Part shown: piece after piece, positions 1-18,161 of the stretch
Layout of the letters: each line of letters begins with the position of its first letter
Numbering within the stretch: the first letter of the stretch is position 1
NCBI RefSeq assembly: GCF_009914755.1
Contig: NC_060933.1
Source: the human T2T-CHM13v2.0 reference genome, Homo sapiens
Direction: 5' to 3' (one strand)
DNA: 64,000 nt
Program-made: the position numbers and the translations under genes
The notes under the pieces: model-generated
The model's input: the letters and a program-made list of their open reading frames with translations, nothing else
The model's database searches: none
Told to the model about the DNA's origin: nothing

Positions 1-59
1 AGACTCCAGAAATTTGAACTTTCATGTAAAATATTTTCAATATTAATTTATAATATTTT

Positions 60-2945
<2,886 letters not shown>

Positions 2946-3520
2946 TTTTTTAAATCAAAATATAGGTCTGTAGTTTTCTGTTAATCTCTACCTATTTTTT
3001 TCCTTTAAGGGTAATCTGTACCTCATATAATGTATTGTTAGGGTTGCTTCCTCTTTTATTTCTGGAAGACTTTGCATAGAGTTGTTACTATTTATTCTTT
3101 AAACATTGTGAGAATACAAGAGTGAAACCTTCCTGACCTGGAATTATTTTGTGTGTGAGTTTCAAATTATAGATTTAATGTATTTAATAGATGCAGGATT
3201 ATTCATGGTGTCTCTTTATTTTTAAGTGAATTTTGTAACCTCTTTTCTCTCAAGTAATGTGTCCGTTTACCAAACTTTTAAAATGTATTTGCATAAAGTT
3301 TAAACATTGTGTGCTTACTATCATTTTATAACCTATAGTATAATTAGTGACAGCCTTTCATTACTGGCTTTAGTATTTAGCATTTTTTCTCTTTTTTGTT
3401 AAGTATAGCTAGAATTTTTTCATTTTTTAATAAATTAGCTTTTTATTTTATTGATATTCCATTTTGGTGTTCTTTCAATTTTTATTGATTTTTGTTCTTA
3501 TATGTATTTTATTATTTCTT

Positions 3521-3968
3521 TGTACCTTAGTACATTTCGACTGCAATAGAAAAATACCTTTTTGTTGTGGCTTATAAGCAACATAATTTTATAATTTATA
3601 ATAATATGAACTTATAACTTATAAATTTACTTCTCATAGTTCTGGAGGCTGAGAGGTCTGAAATCAAGGCTCTCAAATATTTGATGTCTGGTGAGGGCCC
3701 ATTTCCTGGTTCATAGATGGTTCCTTCTCTCTGCATCTTCACATAATGGAAAGAGCAAGGTAGCTCTCTGGGGTCTCTTATGTAAGAAAACTACTCATTT
3801 ACTATCCTTAATGTAGTACTAATTTAGTAACCTTATAAAAGAGCCCCAGATCTCTACTTTCATGATCTAAGCACCTCCCAAAAGACCCCATCTCCTAATA
3901 CCATAAGTTTGGGAGTTAGGATTTCTACATAGGAAATTCGAGGAGACACAAACATTCAGACAACAGCA
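3521..3968 (-). mobile_element. MaLR solo LTR (MLT1A-like)
   Basis: TG...CA ends, 'tctcatagttctggaggctgag', 'tctggtgagggcccatttcctggttcatagatgg', 'acacaaacattcagac'. Imperfect 5-bp TSD ttctt/ttctg. Confidence 0.85.
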
Positions 3969-4077
3969 TTCTGTTTTGTTTGGGTTTAATTTGCTTTAGG
4001 AACTGATTAGATTCTTTTTTCTTTTCTAACATAAACACATGGCACTATTACATTTATCTAATTCTTTATTTCTAAAA

Positions 4078-4212
4078 AAATTTTAATTATTATGGATACA
4101 TAATAGTTGCACATATGTATGGGGTACATATGCATACAAGCATACGACATACAATTATCAAATCAGGATTCTGATATTCATCACCTTAACATGTAGAGTT
4201 TCTTTGTGTTAA
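4078..4212 (-). mobile_element. L1MA-type 3' end fragment
   Basis: 'ggatacataatagttgcacatatgtatggggtaca' resembles an antisense L1MA 3' terminus. Confidence 0.65.
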
Positions 4213-4638
4213 TATTGTTTAGTTATCTTAATAAATTGACCCCTTTATAATCAGTGAGTATATTTTCTATCACTAGTAATATATTTCGTTCTGAAATATA
4301 TTTAGTTTGACATTAATATAGTAACTCTAGTTTTCTATAAATTTTTGTTTGTACTACACACACAGATATCTATGTATTTATATTTGCAGTAGAATTTTAG
4401 TAGACAGAATTAGATTTCTGATTTTTCATTGATGTGTATGAATGATTTACATGTAATGTAATGTGATTATGAATAAGCTTAGGTTTAAATATACCTTCTT
4501 GCTATGTTTTCTATTTATCTTATATGCTCCTTGTTCAATTATTTATCCTTTTTTTACATTTTGTAGATTAGTTAAATATGTACTTCATTATTTTGTGTCA
4601 TTTCTACTATTGGTTTACTAATGTACTTCTTTTTTAGG

Positions 4639-4727
4639 TTCTGCTTTAAGGTTTAAAATATAAATACTTCTGTTTTAAGGTTTAAAATATAAATACTTCT
4701 ACTTTAAGTTTTAAAATATAAATACTT
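4639..4727. repeat. Tandem repeat, 3 x 29 bp (ttctgctttaaggtttaaaatataaatac)
   Basis: Copies at 4639, 4668 and 4697, differing by 1-3 nt. Confidence 0.95.
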
Positions 4728-4905
4728 AACTCATCACAGCCTACTTTCAAATAACAGTATATCACTTGATATGCAGTATAATACATTGCCAGTTTTTTTC
4801 TGCAGACACACATATACATCTCATAAAATTTTACTTCTGCCTTAGGAATCTTTCTTATAAATGACAATGGAGGATGGCTGACAATGAAATTCTTTAGATT
4901 TTGTT

Positions 4906-5091
4906 CAGTGCTGAGACAACGTTGAGATGAGCAAATTTTACCTCTGGTGAAAAACTTAATGAGGCACTCTCTCGGGTCACACAAGGCACAAGTCTTGCAC
5001 TCTCAATCTCAAATATATAACTCTGAAAGTGAGTAGCTCTTTAGGTTTTGGGACCTAGTTGTGTCATTTTCTTTACCCTAGTTCCAAACCT
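4906..5091. mobile_element. MER91A-like palindromic hAT MITE
   Basis: Degenerate inverted arms 'aaaacttaatgaggcactctctcgggtc' and 'ctctgaaagtgagtagctctttaggtttt'. Ends 'cagtgctg' ... 'accctagttccaaacct'. Confidence 0.6.
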
Positions 5092-6254
5092 ATTTTTAAT
5101 TTTCTAAAAATAAATGAGCCCTATTTTGCTTTAGTGCTTAAAATTTTCTACTTGTTATAAAAATGTAGATAAAGCTGTTTTTTATTATTTAATTATTTAT
5201 GATTGCTCCATTGTCTCCAAGCTTTCATAGTTTCTGAAGAAAATTGCCCGTATTTGTGTGTTTGTGTGTGTATTTCTTTTGATGTGGATTATTTTTTCAT
5301 CTCTGATGCCTTTTAAGATTTTTCTCTTTATCACTGATTTTCAGAAATTAGACAATAGTTTACCTTGCCATTTTGTCTTTATTTGTGATTCTAATAACAT
5401 TTTGGCAATCGTTTCTTCGAATTTTTGGTTTTGTTCTTCCCTACCACATACTCACACACATACATCCACTCAGTGTTCTTGTTCTTCTGGTACTCCATCT
5501 CTTCTTGTATTATGCTGCTTGATATTGTCAAACACAGTGTGGTTGTTTTTTCAAATGTGTCTATGTTTTCTGTTTTGGATAGTTTATATTGTTATGTTAT
5601 CAAAATCACTGGTATTTTTTCTACAATGGTTAAAGTGCTGTTAAATTTATTCATACATTTTTAATCTAATATAGTTATTTTTTCTGTTTTAGGAGTCTGC
5701 TTGTTTTTATTTCTTTCATTTTTATCTTCTCGTAATATACATATTTTCCCATCTTATTTGAAAAAATAAAGCATATTTTTAACACCTGAATTAACATGTT
5801 TCAACGCTAATTATTATGTTCACCAAAACCAGATATTGTGAATTCTATATTGTTATGTGATGGATTTTGTTGAATTCCTTTTGTATATTTGTATTTTGTT
5901 CTCAAACACAGTTAAATTATTTGGAATCAATTTGATGCTTTTAGAGATTGCTATAAAATTTTCTTAGAGAAGATGTAGAGTTGCTTTAGGTTTAGGAATG
6001 AGCGAGTTCCATCACAAAAGCAGGATTCTTCCAAAGATTCTACCTAATAGCTCACACATTACCCTGTCTTCTACTTTGGTTTGTGGCAACAATAATATTT
6101 GCAGAGCTTTCTGAGCTTTGAGAATTGTTCTTCAAACCCTTTGTGTTGGCATTTTACCCCAGGCTTCAGTTATTTTCTCTCATGTATTCACAGTTTAGTA
6201 TTCAATGAAGGACTCAATAATTTCCTAGGAAGGTCTGCAGACACACGGTCATCT

Positions 6255-6496
6255 GTATTCATTAGCATGGGCTGCTATAACAAAATGCCATAGACTGAGC
6301 AGCTCATAAACCACAGAGATGTATTTCTCAGTCTAACCTCACATGGTGGAAGAGGGAGGGGTCTCTCTGGCACCTTTCATAAGGGCTCCACTCCCATGAT
6401 CCAGTCACCTACAAAATTGCCCATTTTTTAATATTATCACCTTGGTGGTGAGAATTTTAATATACAAATTTGGGGAGGTCAATTAGACCAGAGCAT
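6255..6496 (-). mobile_element. MaLR solo LTR (MLT1A/MST-like), internally deleted
   Basis: 'gggctgctataacaaaatgccatagactgag', 'cctcacatggtggaag', 'atcaccttgg'. Confidence 0.75.
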
Positions 6497-6842
6497 AATT
6501 CTTGGCAGATAAAAGAAGCCATAAGAAAGCTGGTGTGATCAGACCAGAATGAGCCAGAGAGAAGTTTTAAGATACAATAAAATATTAGGCTAGACTATTA
6601 AAGTACTTTGTCATTAGAAATTATATCTTTCAGATGAAATCTACCCAATCCTTGCTTGTACATCTTGCTAAAGTTTTAACTTTTCCATTGATTTCATTAT
6701 ATTTGTCATGTCTTTCCTATCAATTTAATTTTCAATTATCTTCACTTCTTATACATACTGCTATATATTATTTAATCATTCTGCCTTAAATTATTTTGTG
6801 TACAGTTATAATACTTCAGCCTAGTTTACTAGGAACTCATTA

Positions 6843-7175
6843 CAGTTGTTCCTCTGTATTTGTGGGGTACTGGTTCTAGGAACCCTCAGACACAAAAATC
6901 TACAGATGCTCAAGACCCTTCCATAAAATGATGTATAATAGTATTTTTTACACCTACATCCACACTGTCACATACTTTAAATCATCTCTAGATTTCTTAT
7001 GATACCAAGTACAATGAAAATGTTATGTAGTTAGTTATAGTGTGTTCTTTAGGGGATAATGACAAGGCAGAATTCCATATGTGTTCACTTTTTCATAAAT
7101 GTTTTTCCAAATATTTTTGATCCATGGGTGGTTGAATCCACACATGCAGAACCTATGGATATGGAGGGTCCACTG
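6843..7175. mobile_element. MER2 (Tigger-family MITE)
   Basis: TA|cagttgttcctc ... gagggtccactg|TA terminal inverted repeats with TA TSD. Internal 'tactttaaatcatctctagatt'. Confidence 0.88.
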
Positions 7176-7374
7176 TACTTTTTTCTATCCTCCTAACTAC
7201 ATATTGGTTTCTATTTTTGTCTTTATTAAATCTTAAATTGTAGTCATACTACAAATTCGATCTTTTCTATTGTTTCATTTTTTTCTATTGCTTGAACAGT
7301 ATTCTGTTTCTGTTTCAATGCATTAGTATCCACTTATTTATGTTTACCAAAATATTACACAGTCAAATAATTCA

Positions 7375-7715
7375 GGAAGACTTTGAAAATTTAAAGTCAA
7401 CAGATTTGTATTAGCCTCAATTATATCATCTGTAATAAATCAGATTATCCTGTCATTAGGATTAAATATTAAAATCTATTTAAGACATCTTAAAGAATAT
7501 TTGAGATATTATGTATACTTAATATGGATATTTGTTTTCTTCCCTTCATTTTCTGATTTATTTTAGCCTTTTCATTTGTATTGTTTTATGTACCTTACAG
7601 TTACATAAACTCCTTAGTATCTGGAAACTTGTCTTCTTATTTTAATGTGCCATTCATCTCCTTAGCACAATTTCTTACACATATATGTTCTACAAATGTT
7701 TATTAAATGAATTAG
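7375..7715 (+). mobile_element. MIR fragment followed by an L2 3' end
   Basis: MIR core 'gcctcaattatatcatctgtaat'. L2 tail 'cttagcaca...aaatgtttattaaatgaat'. Confidence 0.5.
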
Positions 7716-8780
7716 TGTCAACTACATGCATGCTTTATTCATTAAGCTGTCAAAGGATTGATCTGCTTTACAGCTTTGTCAAACTATAGAACTTTAATTC
7801 TTTTGCCATATTTTAAAAATCATACATGTTTAGGTAATAATAAAATCAATATTCATACTCATAAAATAACAGATTGTAAAAGCATTGTAGGCTAACCACA
7901 TACATTTTGGAAAAGAAACTGAAATTAATTCTTAAATTCTTTCAAATTCTTCATCTTATTTACTCTTTTTGTTAAGTAAATGTTTATCTTGTATTTTAGT
8001 TTTAAACTCTTAGAATCTTCAACAATATAGTTTTTTGTACATAAAATATTTAAATCAACTTAATCTATGTACATGTTATAAACTAAGTTCAAGTAAAATT
8101 ACATAAAATGCAACAATGCATTTTATTTTTCTATTCATATTTTTCTAATAAATCTTGTAAGTTTAAGTAATTATTTTAGTTAATGCTATGAAATTCTACC
8201 TAGGCAGGTTAGGTGTTAATTTCCCAATTTGTATGCAAACTGAACAATTTTCTCCGGGCTCTTCATCATTTCATCTTTCCACTTAACTTTCTCTATTTTA
8301 ACCCAATAATATTTATTGTATTTTCCCCATTTAAACTAATGAATAAAAATTTCCCTCAGTGTAAACTCTATGTTGATGTTTCAAATAGAATATTTTATTC
8401 CCTGTGTGTTTTGAGTAGTAGCACCTTTAATGTTTTATCTATTTATATTTGTACAAGGCATATTACACATCTGAAATGAACACAGTACTAATTAGCATAA
8501 AGTCAATGTTAGCCTTAGACTTTACAGGTAAGTCTACAGAATACAGAAAGAAAAAATATAATGTCATATGTACTTCTTAAACAGTTCTATCAGTGGAAAA
8601 ACTGATGATGCATTCATGTTTTCCTCAATATTTAGTGAGGAGAGCAAAAATGAGTAATAAGGCAAGAAAAAATATCCACTGCGTCACTGTAACAGGCACT
8701 AGATGATGAGGTCATAGAATGTATTCATCTTTATTTATTCAGCAATTAGCTCCATACCTAGCACATAAACCCTCCCATCT

Positions 8781-9123
8781 CAGGTCTCAGTTCACTTGTG
8801 CTTCTGTAACAAAATAGCTGAGACTGATAAGAACAGAAACTTGTTTCTCACAGTCCAGGAGGCTGAAAAGTTCAAAACCATGGTTCTGGCAGGTTTGGCA
8901 CCAAGTGAGGTCCCAGTTTCTGCTTCTAAAATGGTAACTTGAATGCTGTGTCCTTACATTAGCTAGTTCCCTTCAGCCCTTTTGCAATGCACTAATCCCA
9001 TTTATGAGTACAGAGTCCTCATGGCCTAATTACTCCTAAAGGCCTGACTTCTTAATACTGTTGCATTGAGGATTAAGTTTCAAAATGGCTTTTAGAGGGG
9101 AGACAAACATTTAAGCTAAAGTA
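8781..9123 (-). mobile_element. MaLR solo LTR (MLT1A-like) inserted in an L2 3' end
   Basis: 'ttctcacagtccaggaggctgaaaagttcaa', 'gcactaatcccatttatgag', 'ggattaagtttcaa'. L2 tail 'tttgaatgaatgaa' follows. Confidence 0.8.
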
Positions 9124-10779
9124 TAATAATCCATAATTTTTGAATGAATGAACAAAAAGACACTTGCATTTAAATGTGAAAAGGTAGATACTTTCGGTGT
9201 CAGTTATTTTCTGTACAATTGTGATTATTCCTCATAAAAATTCAGAGCAATCAGTTGGCTTTCAATTAAATTTACACATTAGTTATAAACATTTTAAATG
9301 TTAACTCTGTTTCTACTGTTCATGATATTTAATATGTATATTAATTTTACAAGAATTACTTAAATATTTTTCTTCCAATTTTCTAATTCTCTTTCCCTTG
9401 TTGAAATGAGCAAACACACAAAATATCAAGTGACAGACAATGCATTGCTAATGTCTTACTTTGGTAAGATACTTTCATTAGTATTTCGAATAGAACTGAG
9501 ATTTTTATTTTTATATATTTTTTAACCAAACCTGACTCATATTATGCATGATCTAAAGTATTAATGTAATACAAAACCATTGTATTTCTTGGCACAAAGA
9601 AAAAACGTGGGTCATGTCAAACACCTGCAATGACAGTAAAATCATGTCACAGATAAGCTAATTATGTTGAAAAATGATTATGCACACACTATGTAAAGCA
9701 TTGTCCTTTTCCTTTGTTGGAGGGCATTTATTCATAGACATCATGTGTACTTTCTTCCCAAAGGGTAAGGTTGACCTAGAACCCTATGGACGACCCTTTA
9801 TAGTTAAGCTTGCCAACTACTTGTCAGAAATGATTAGTGAGAAATGTAGGAAAGAAAATTTCCCCTGTTGATAACAGGGGGCAAATAGAAGATGCCCTGA
9901 AGTTGTCATAAGGAATCACATTTTTTTCAATAAGAATATTTTTTATTTGATAATATCTAATATCACAGATCAACCTTTATTTATACATATTCTAGGCATG
10001 TGTTGAACTTGACAGGTTTTGGTAATAGAAAATTCTGTGGCAACTCACAAAAGAGTATGTGTGCATTGTAATCATCTTTATTATAAATAATAACTGTGTC
10101 TTTTTTTGATAAAATGAAGATATAATAAATCATGATTTCCCCTCAATCATATCCTTTAGAAACTGATTTTATGTGTCTTTGGATTTATAATAATCCCAAA
10201 CTCACATTTTATGTTAAAATACTCATTAAAATGCGATAATTTATTACAACTTTATTTTGGATTATATTCTGAATGTTTTACAACATGAAAGCTAAAGAAT
10301 GCTATACATTTTTTGAAACAGATTTATATAAGCCTCACAGTCTGTATTATGAAATTATTAATGTTAGAGTAACATTTTGATCTACTAGATTCATAAAATT
10401 AGTGAGAATTCTTCAGCTATTATTTTGAATCCTCTCTTTATATCTCTTAATAATACAGATAACACAGATTTGAGCTACAGGAAAATGTAATGTGCATTGT
10501 GTTTGAACAAAGTGTGTTATAATTTTGGATGTACATCAACCTATACTGTATCCCTATGTTGTGTAAGACTGAATATCCTAGATCATATTGGATTATTACA
10601 GTCAATAATATTTTACATTAAACATCAAAAAATAATATGGCATTCATTTACAACCCAGAAAAATGAGTAACTCCCAGGAGAAATTTAGTTTTCATTGCTC
10701 CTTATGCTAACAACTTTAAAGTTCAAATGCTAACTTTCTATCTCCATTTTATTTAGAATGTATAATAAATCTTTCATGA

Positions 10780-11118
<339 letters not shown>

Positions 11119-11411
11119 TCTATTTTTGAAAGTTACCTTTTGTCATTTTTTTATCTGCAGTAGTGTGGATTAGAAACCTGGCTCAGTCCTACCACTAAAA
11201 TAATTCTTAAAAGTTGGTTGAAACATTAAAAAAATCTTGCTTTAGTGTCACAATTATCAGGCAAGAAGACAACAATTTTATGAAAATTAAGGTTTTACCT
11301 TGAGAGCATTCTCTGGTCCTGATAAGGATGAGGCCATGTTTCTTGGGACTGTAAAAAGCAGGGGACCAGAGACAAAGTTCAAAGTCCAGCCAAATTGGAA
11401 GTGTAGTAAGA

Positions 11412-12216
11412 GAACACTCTTACACTATTGGTGGGAGTGTAAATTAGTTCAACCATTGTGGAAGACAGTATGGTGATTCCTCAAGGATCTAGAACTAGAA
11501 ATACCATTTGAGCCAGCAATCTTATTACTGGGTATATACTCAAAGGATTATAAATTATTCTACTCTAAAGACACAGGCACACGTATGTTTATTGCAGCAC
11601 TATTTACAATAGCAAAGACTTGGAACCAACCCAAATGTCCATCAATGATAGACTGGATAAAGAAAATGTGGCACATATACACCATGGAATACTATGCAGC
11701 CATAAAAAAGGATGAGTTTGTGTCCTTTGCAGGGACATGGATGAAGCTGGAAGCCATCCCTCTCAGCAGACTAACACAGGAAAACCAAACACCACATGTT
11801 TTCATAAGTGGGAGTTGAACAATGAGAACACATGGTCACAGGGAGGGGATCATCAGGGAGGGGCTGCAGGGGGTGGGGGCCTAGGGGAAGGATCACATTA
11901 GGAGAAATACCTAATGTAGGTGATGAGTTGAAGGGTGAAGCAAACCACCATGGCACATGTATACCTATGTAACAAAACTGCAGGTTCTGCACATGGACAC
12001 AGGGAGAGGAACATTACACACCGGGACCTGTTGGGGGTGGAGGGCAAGGGGAGGGAGAGCATTAAGACAAATACCTGCATGTGGGGCTTAAAACCTAGAT
12101 GACGGGTTGATAGGTGCAGCAAACAACCATGGCACATGTATACCTATGTAACAAACCTGTACGTTCTGCACATGTATTCCAGGACGTAAAGTGAAATATA
12201 AAAAAAAAAAAAAAAA
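11412..12216 (+). mobile_element. 5'-truncated L1PA (PA7-like body joined to a PA8-like 3' end) with two 3'UTRs
   Basis: ORF2 C-terminus (ORF 11585-11818), two successive 3'UTR segments joined at cacatg (~11990-11995), poly(A). Confidence 0.9.
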
Positions 12217-12229
12217 GAATGCCCTTTTC

Positions 12230-13570
12230 TGGGGTTCTCACTAATATGACCTGTGTAACTTGAAAATCCTCAAGACAGAAATTTAAAGTGATCTCATTCT
12301 GTTTATAACCCTGGGCCCTTAGTACAAACAAATTTATATAATCCTTTTGGGAAACCTATTTCAATTCTATCCTAAAATTATTTGCATAAATATACTTCTA
12401 TTAGTTAGGAATTGACAGTAAAACAAAACAAAACACACAGAGAAAGATGGTGCATGAAAAGAATATAGGAGGAAAACAGGGAGATAAAAGAATCACATGA
12501 AGAAAGACTCCAGATACTGGAATTATAAGAATGTATAACAAACAAGTTTGAATTAAGTAAGAATTAAAATGAATGATTTAAAAGTTTAATTCAAACAACG
12601 GTAAACACACAACTGACACATTCATAATATGTTAGAGATAGCTAAAGTGAGAATAACCACATAACGTAAAACATAGTTAAATTCACTTTGACTATTAAGA
12701 GATGTATAAAAATGAACAATAAAGAGAAAGGATTCAGTGATATGAAAGACAGAATGAAAATGACTATCATATATTAAACTGGAGTCTAATATATTCATTA
12801 GTGAGATTTACTGACATCCCTAATGAAAGACATCAAATTCTCAGATTCAGGAGAAATAAGACATTACACTCAAGATACATAAGATGAATTCATTCCTCGG
12901 CACACCTAAGTTTTCATCATAACCTGTACCTTCAATCATCTTCATTCTTCCTGACCTGATCTATTTTTCTCATCGTATTTACCACCTTCAAACATATGGT
13001 ACACATCCTAGTTACTTTGGGTATCTTATATTACAATATAATCTCAAAACAGATTTTGTTGATTTTATTTACAAGATGTAACCAAAGGGCCTAGATTATC
13101 TTTATAGCATAGCATATGTTCAAAATTTATTACCAAATAAATATAAAGTACATTTATGAAAGGTGAAGGAGAATATAAAACAGAGGGAAGATCTTCAGAA
13201 CTACCACAACAAAATGACACATAACTTAAATGTCAAAATACCAACACTGACTTCTTATCAACAGCAATAAAAAGTAGGAAAAAATTTGGAAAATATCCTC
13301 AATGAGTTTAGACACACTTCTATACATTAGAGGTTTATAAAACACAAAAACTCCTTTTATAAATGAGTCAAAATAATGACATTTTAGACAAAGAATAACA
13401 GAAAATTTATCATCCAAAAGCACCTTCCAAAGAAACCTCAAAAGACAAATTTCAAACAAAGGAAAATGATCACAGATAAAAGATTTGGGATAAAATAAAT
13501 AATAATGAGAAAAATAGAATATATATGGGAGGTATAAAAAAGAAAATAAAATTTACCTCAATACAAAATT
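12230..13570 (+). mobile_element. Old L1M 5'/ORF1 remnant, with a possible L2 3' fragment at ~12910-13145
   Basis: A-rich degenerate ORF1 motifs 'gaaagacatcaaattctcagattcaggag', 'actgacttcttatcaacagcaat', 'gacattttagacaaag'. Confidence 0.5.
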
Positions 13571-13574
13571 GAAA

Positions 13575-14246
13575 TGTGTAAAGATGTTTTGGTGGGGGTC
13601 TCCATTGCTCTTCAGCTTTGATTATTTATTTAAAAAACTCTCAGAACTCAGAGAAGCAATTATACTCATGTTTACAGTTTATTAAAACAAAAGGATGCAG
13701 AGTCGTATCAACAAAGGAAAAAGATTCTCAGGGCAAAGTCCAGGAGACTCCAGGAACAAACTTACAAGTGTCCATCACAGCAGAATCACATGCAGATACA
13801 CTTCAGTCTCCCAGTAAAGCTGCATACAACCACACGTGAATTCTTGGCAATTAGAGCAGCTTATTTATTCTTTGATGTCCCAGGTTTTTATTGGTGGTTA
13901 ATCACATAGGCATGCAATGCCCAAGTGGCAAAACTTGGCAAATTCAGCTTCCTTTCCATGATCCCTCTAGAACAAAACCAGGCATTCAGCATAAATCATA
14001 TCTTAGAATAAACGTATCTGGTTAAATTGATACCACATGGTTCAAATAAATACAGCATGGCTCAGGGCCTCAGGCATATAAAGTCAGTCATTCACCATAA
14101 ACCCAAGGCCTCAGATATACAAAAACACTCTTCACGGTAGGGCTATTTCCAGAACTCAGAGGCTAGGTAGTCCTAAAAACAAACCTTACCTTTGAATGTG
14201 CAGGGTTGAAGAAACCCTGGCCTGCTGAGTTAACACATTCTTGCCT
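13575..14246 (-). mobile_element. MER77/MER21-family LTR
   Basis: 'ctcagaactcagagaagcaattatactcatg', 'cagggcaaagtccaggagac', terminal 'ccctggcctgctgagttaac'. Confidence 0.7.
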
Positions 14247-14249
14247 AAT

Positions 14250-15600
14250 CCATATTTATTGTCCCTGGTCTAATCTCTCCTGTAGCAAAACAATCATATT
14301 TTTCTGAGCATCTACATTGAATATGGCATTTATATGACAGTAACAACAGTAATATTAACATGAATATGCCTAGCATTTTATGGACACAGTGTAGGGTAAA
14401 GATTGATTTTTAAAAATTACTAATGCATCCTACAAGCCCATTACATACACTTTAGTATTTTGTACAAACAAAATTACTCATTCCTCCTCTCAATCTGCTT
14501 TTATTTTTACTTTTTGATAAATCTGTGCAGAACTATTTAGCATTGAAATTAGATAATGGTTAGCTAAATTCTGTTTTCTCAGGCCATTTATTATTCACCC
14601 AGATTACATTCTGAAGAGGCTTTAACTCAATATCTTAATACATTTGATTATCAATATAAGCATTATATAACTTCTCTACATAAGATAGTTGAATCTTACC
14701 AACAATGCTAGTGTAATGTCATATTGCAGTATGATCATGTTACAATTCAGTTTTATTACAGAAAAAGTTATTACGAATGATAGAGCTATTTGTTACAGCT
14801 ACTCAACATAATTGGTTCTTGTCTTTATACCGTATAGTATTATAAATAAGTGTTATTACTACTCACCATGATTTGATTATTTCTGGGTTTCTAATGGGTT
14901 GTGGACTTAGACAGTCACCCTGTCTTAGTTCACAGGCCCTAATTGACAATGGTCTCTACTATATGCTGTCTTACACCAGGATACACTCCCTTCCTATAGA
15001 CAAGACACAAGAATAAGAATAGTTTATATCTCTGCTACCTGTACTACAGGATGTCTTATCCTTATCTATTCTTGGGGCAATGGCAATAACAATGAATTAA
15101 TATAAGTTATGAGTGACCTCAGAGATGGGGTCCCTAAGATTATATAAATGTGTCCTTCTGCATCTAAGAAGAACCATTACCCTATGGTTATTTAGGCCTC
15201 CATCTGTGTTAAAGTGATAAAGTGATGCTATTGAGTCATAATACAAACTCATTACCAGTGTTGGGTCCTAGCATTATCCATCATTAATTGTTGAGTCTAC
15301 CTTACCAAGTTCACTAAAACTTCATTATTTTTTCCAGGTTGAATCCCATCCCTTCCTCTCTCATAGATGAGAATTCCCTCTAATCTATTTATTTTAGTTA
15401 ATAAATCTTCTTTCCTTAAAAGCCATTCATGATTAAAAATGAATTCAGCTTTTCTCACAATTCCTAGATCAGCATCTATCTCCCTGAAGGTTTTTTTCTG
15501 TTTGTAGGCCAATGCTTAACCCAAGAGGGTTGTTGTCATTGTATACTAGATTTAACTGGAATGAGGAACCATGTTTTACACTCCAGACTGTTTGGTTCTC
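14250..15600 (-). mobile_element. Possible degraded ERV internal region next to the MER77-like LTR
   Basis: Lies upstream of the minus-strand LTR. ORF 15297-15512 has a 'WLLR' segment loosely like ERVL-class gag remnants. Weak. Confidence 0.3.
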
Positions 15601-15649
15601 AGTATGAGGATAAAAATAAGAAAAAACAAAACAACAAACAAACAACAAC

Positions 15650-16478
15650 AAAAAACAAGAGTTCTCTACAATTTTCGAGAAACAGAAGAGGAAGAAATCC
15701 TTCTCAATTCATTTTATGAAGCAAGCATGACACTTAAACAGAAGAAGACAAAGATGATAAAAAAAAAGAAAAGGAAAACAAACAAAACTTTAGACCAACA
15801 TAACCTAGATGCAAATCTACAAATATACCCTAGATGCAAAATCCTCGACAACTTGAATACGACACTATGTAAAAAAGTGACACATGACCAAGCCATGTTT
15901 ATTCCAGAAATGCAAGACAGTTGCAATATTTTAAAAAATCTAATAATATAGTTCATCACATTAATATTCTAAAATAGGAGAATGCATGATCAGTTCAATA
16001 AATGCAGGGGAAAAAGACACTATTCAACAGTTACTTGTGAGAAAAATTCAGCAAACCAGAAATAGCAGAAAATTCCTTCATCTTGATAAAGAGCATACAA
16101 AAAATCCATCATATTTAGCTGTGAAGCACTGAATGTTTTCCACATGTATGCTCAGGAATAAAGCAAAGATGTTTGCTTTTATCACTCTTTTTCAACATAA
16201 TACTTAGAGTTCTATCCAGTGTGTAAGGAAAAAAAGGAAGAATAAAATAAATGCAGACTGGAAAGAAATAAGTAAAACTGTTCCTATTTGTAAATAATAT
16301 GATTACATATGTAGAAATTTATACAACATTTAGGAGAGAGAAGGAATGTAGAAAAGGGAGAGGAAGGGGGAGGCAAAAACAAAGGGGAAGGAGAAAGTAA
16401 AAGAACAGTGGAAGGAGAAGCAGTGTCTCCTAAAATTAAGAAGGATTTAGCAAGATTAGGACAAAAGGTAAAAACAGG
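15650..16478 (+). mobile_element. Old L1M ORF2 fragment (sense)
   Basis: ORF 15571-15951 has 'NSFYEAS' and 'HDQAMFIPEMQ', the degenerate L1 ORF2 region upstream of RT. Confidence 0.8.
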
Positions 16479-16893
16479 TTTCCTGATATTTTTAATTGCA
16501 TTTCAATAGCTTTCCAAACATAAATATTTCTCAGGTAGTTGAATGCTTTGGTCAATTTCGAGAATGATGGAAGGCTGCTTTAATGAATTTCTAGTGGCCT
16601 TTTGTGCAGAGGATTTGCTGGTCTTTTCAAGTGACCGTAGTCCACATTGATGGGTTGATTGAATATGGAAACCATCTTGAACTCCCAAGATAAACGCCAA
16701 TTAGTAATGATATATTTTACAAACACACGTGCATGCACACACATACACACACAGACATGAGAGGATTTAATTGGATAATATTTTGCTGAAGTTTTTGAAA
16801 TCTAAATTCATCATCAAAATACATATTTGTCTACAGGACATTTTCTTGCAATGTCTGTTTTATGGTTTTGGTATGGGGATAATGGTAGACTCA

Positions 16894-18161
<1,268 letters not shown>

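Larger units (their letters stand above)
2951..6250 (-). mobile_element. Old L1M (L1MC/ME-type), antisense, interrupted by MLT1A, an L1MA 3' end and MER91A
   Basis: 'tataggtctgtagttttct', 'ctggaagactttgcatagagttg', 'aaattgacccctttataatc' and further T-rich antisense L1 motifs. Confidence 0.65.

Noticed and set aside
4639-4727. 29-bp repeats (and the 30-bp pair at 49792) as a CRISPR array
   Set aside because: No unique spacers of regular length, no cas genes, eukaryotic context.
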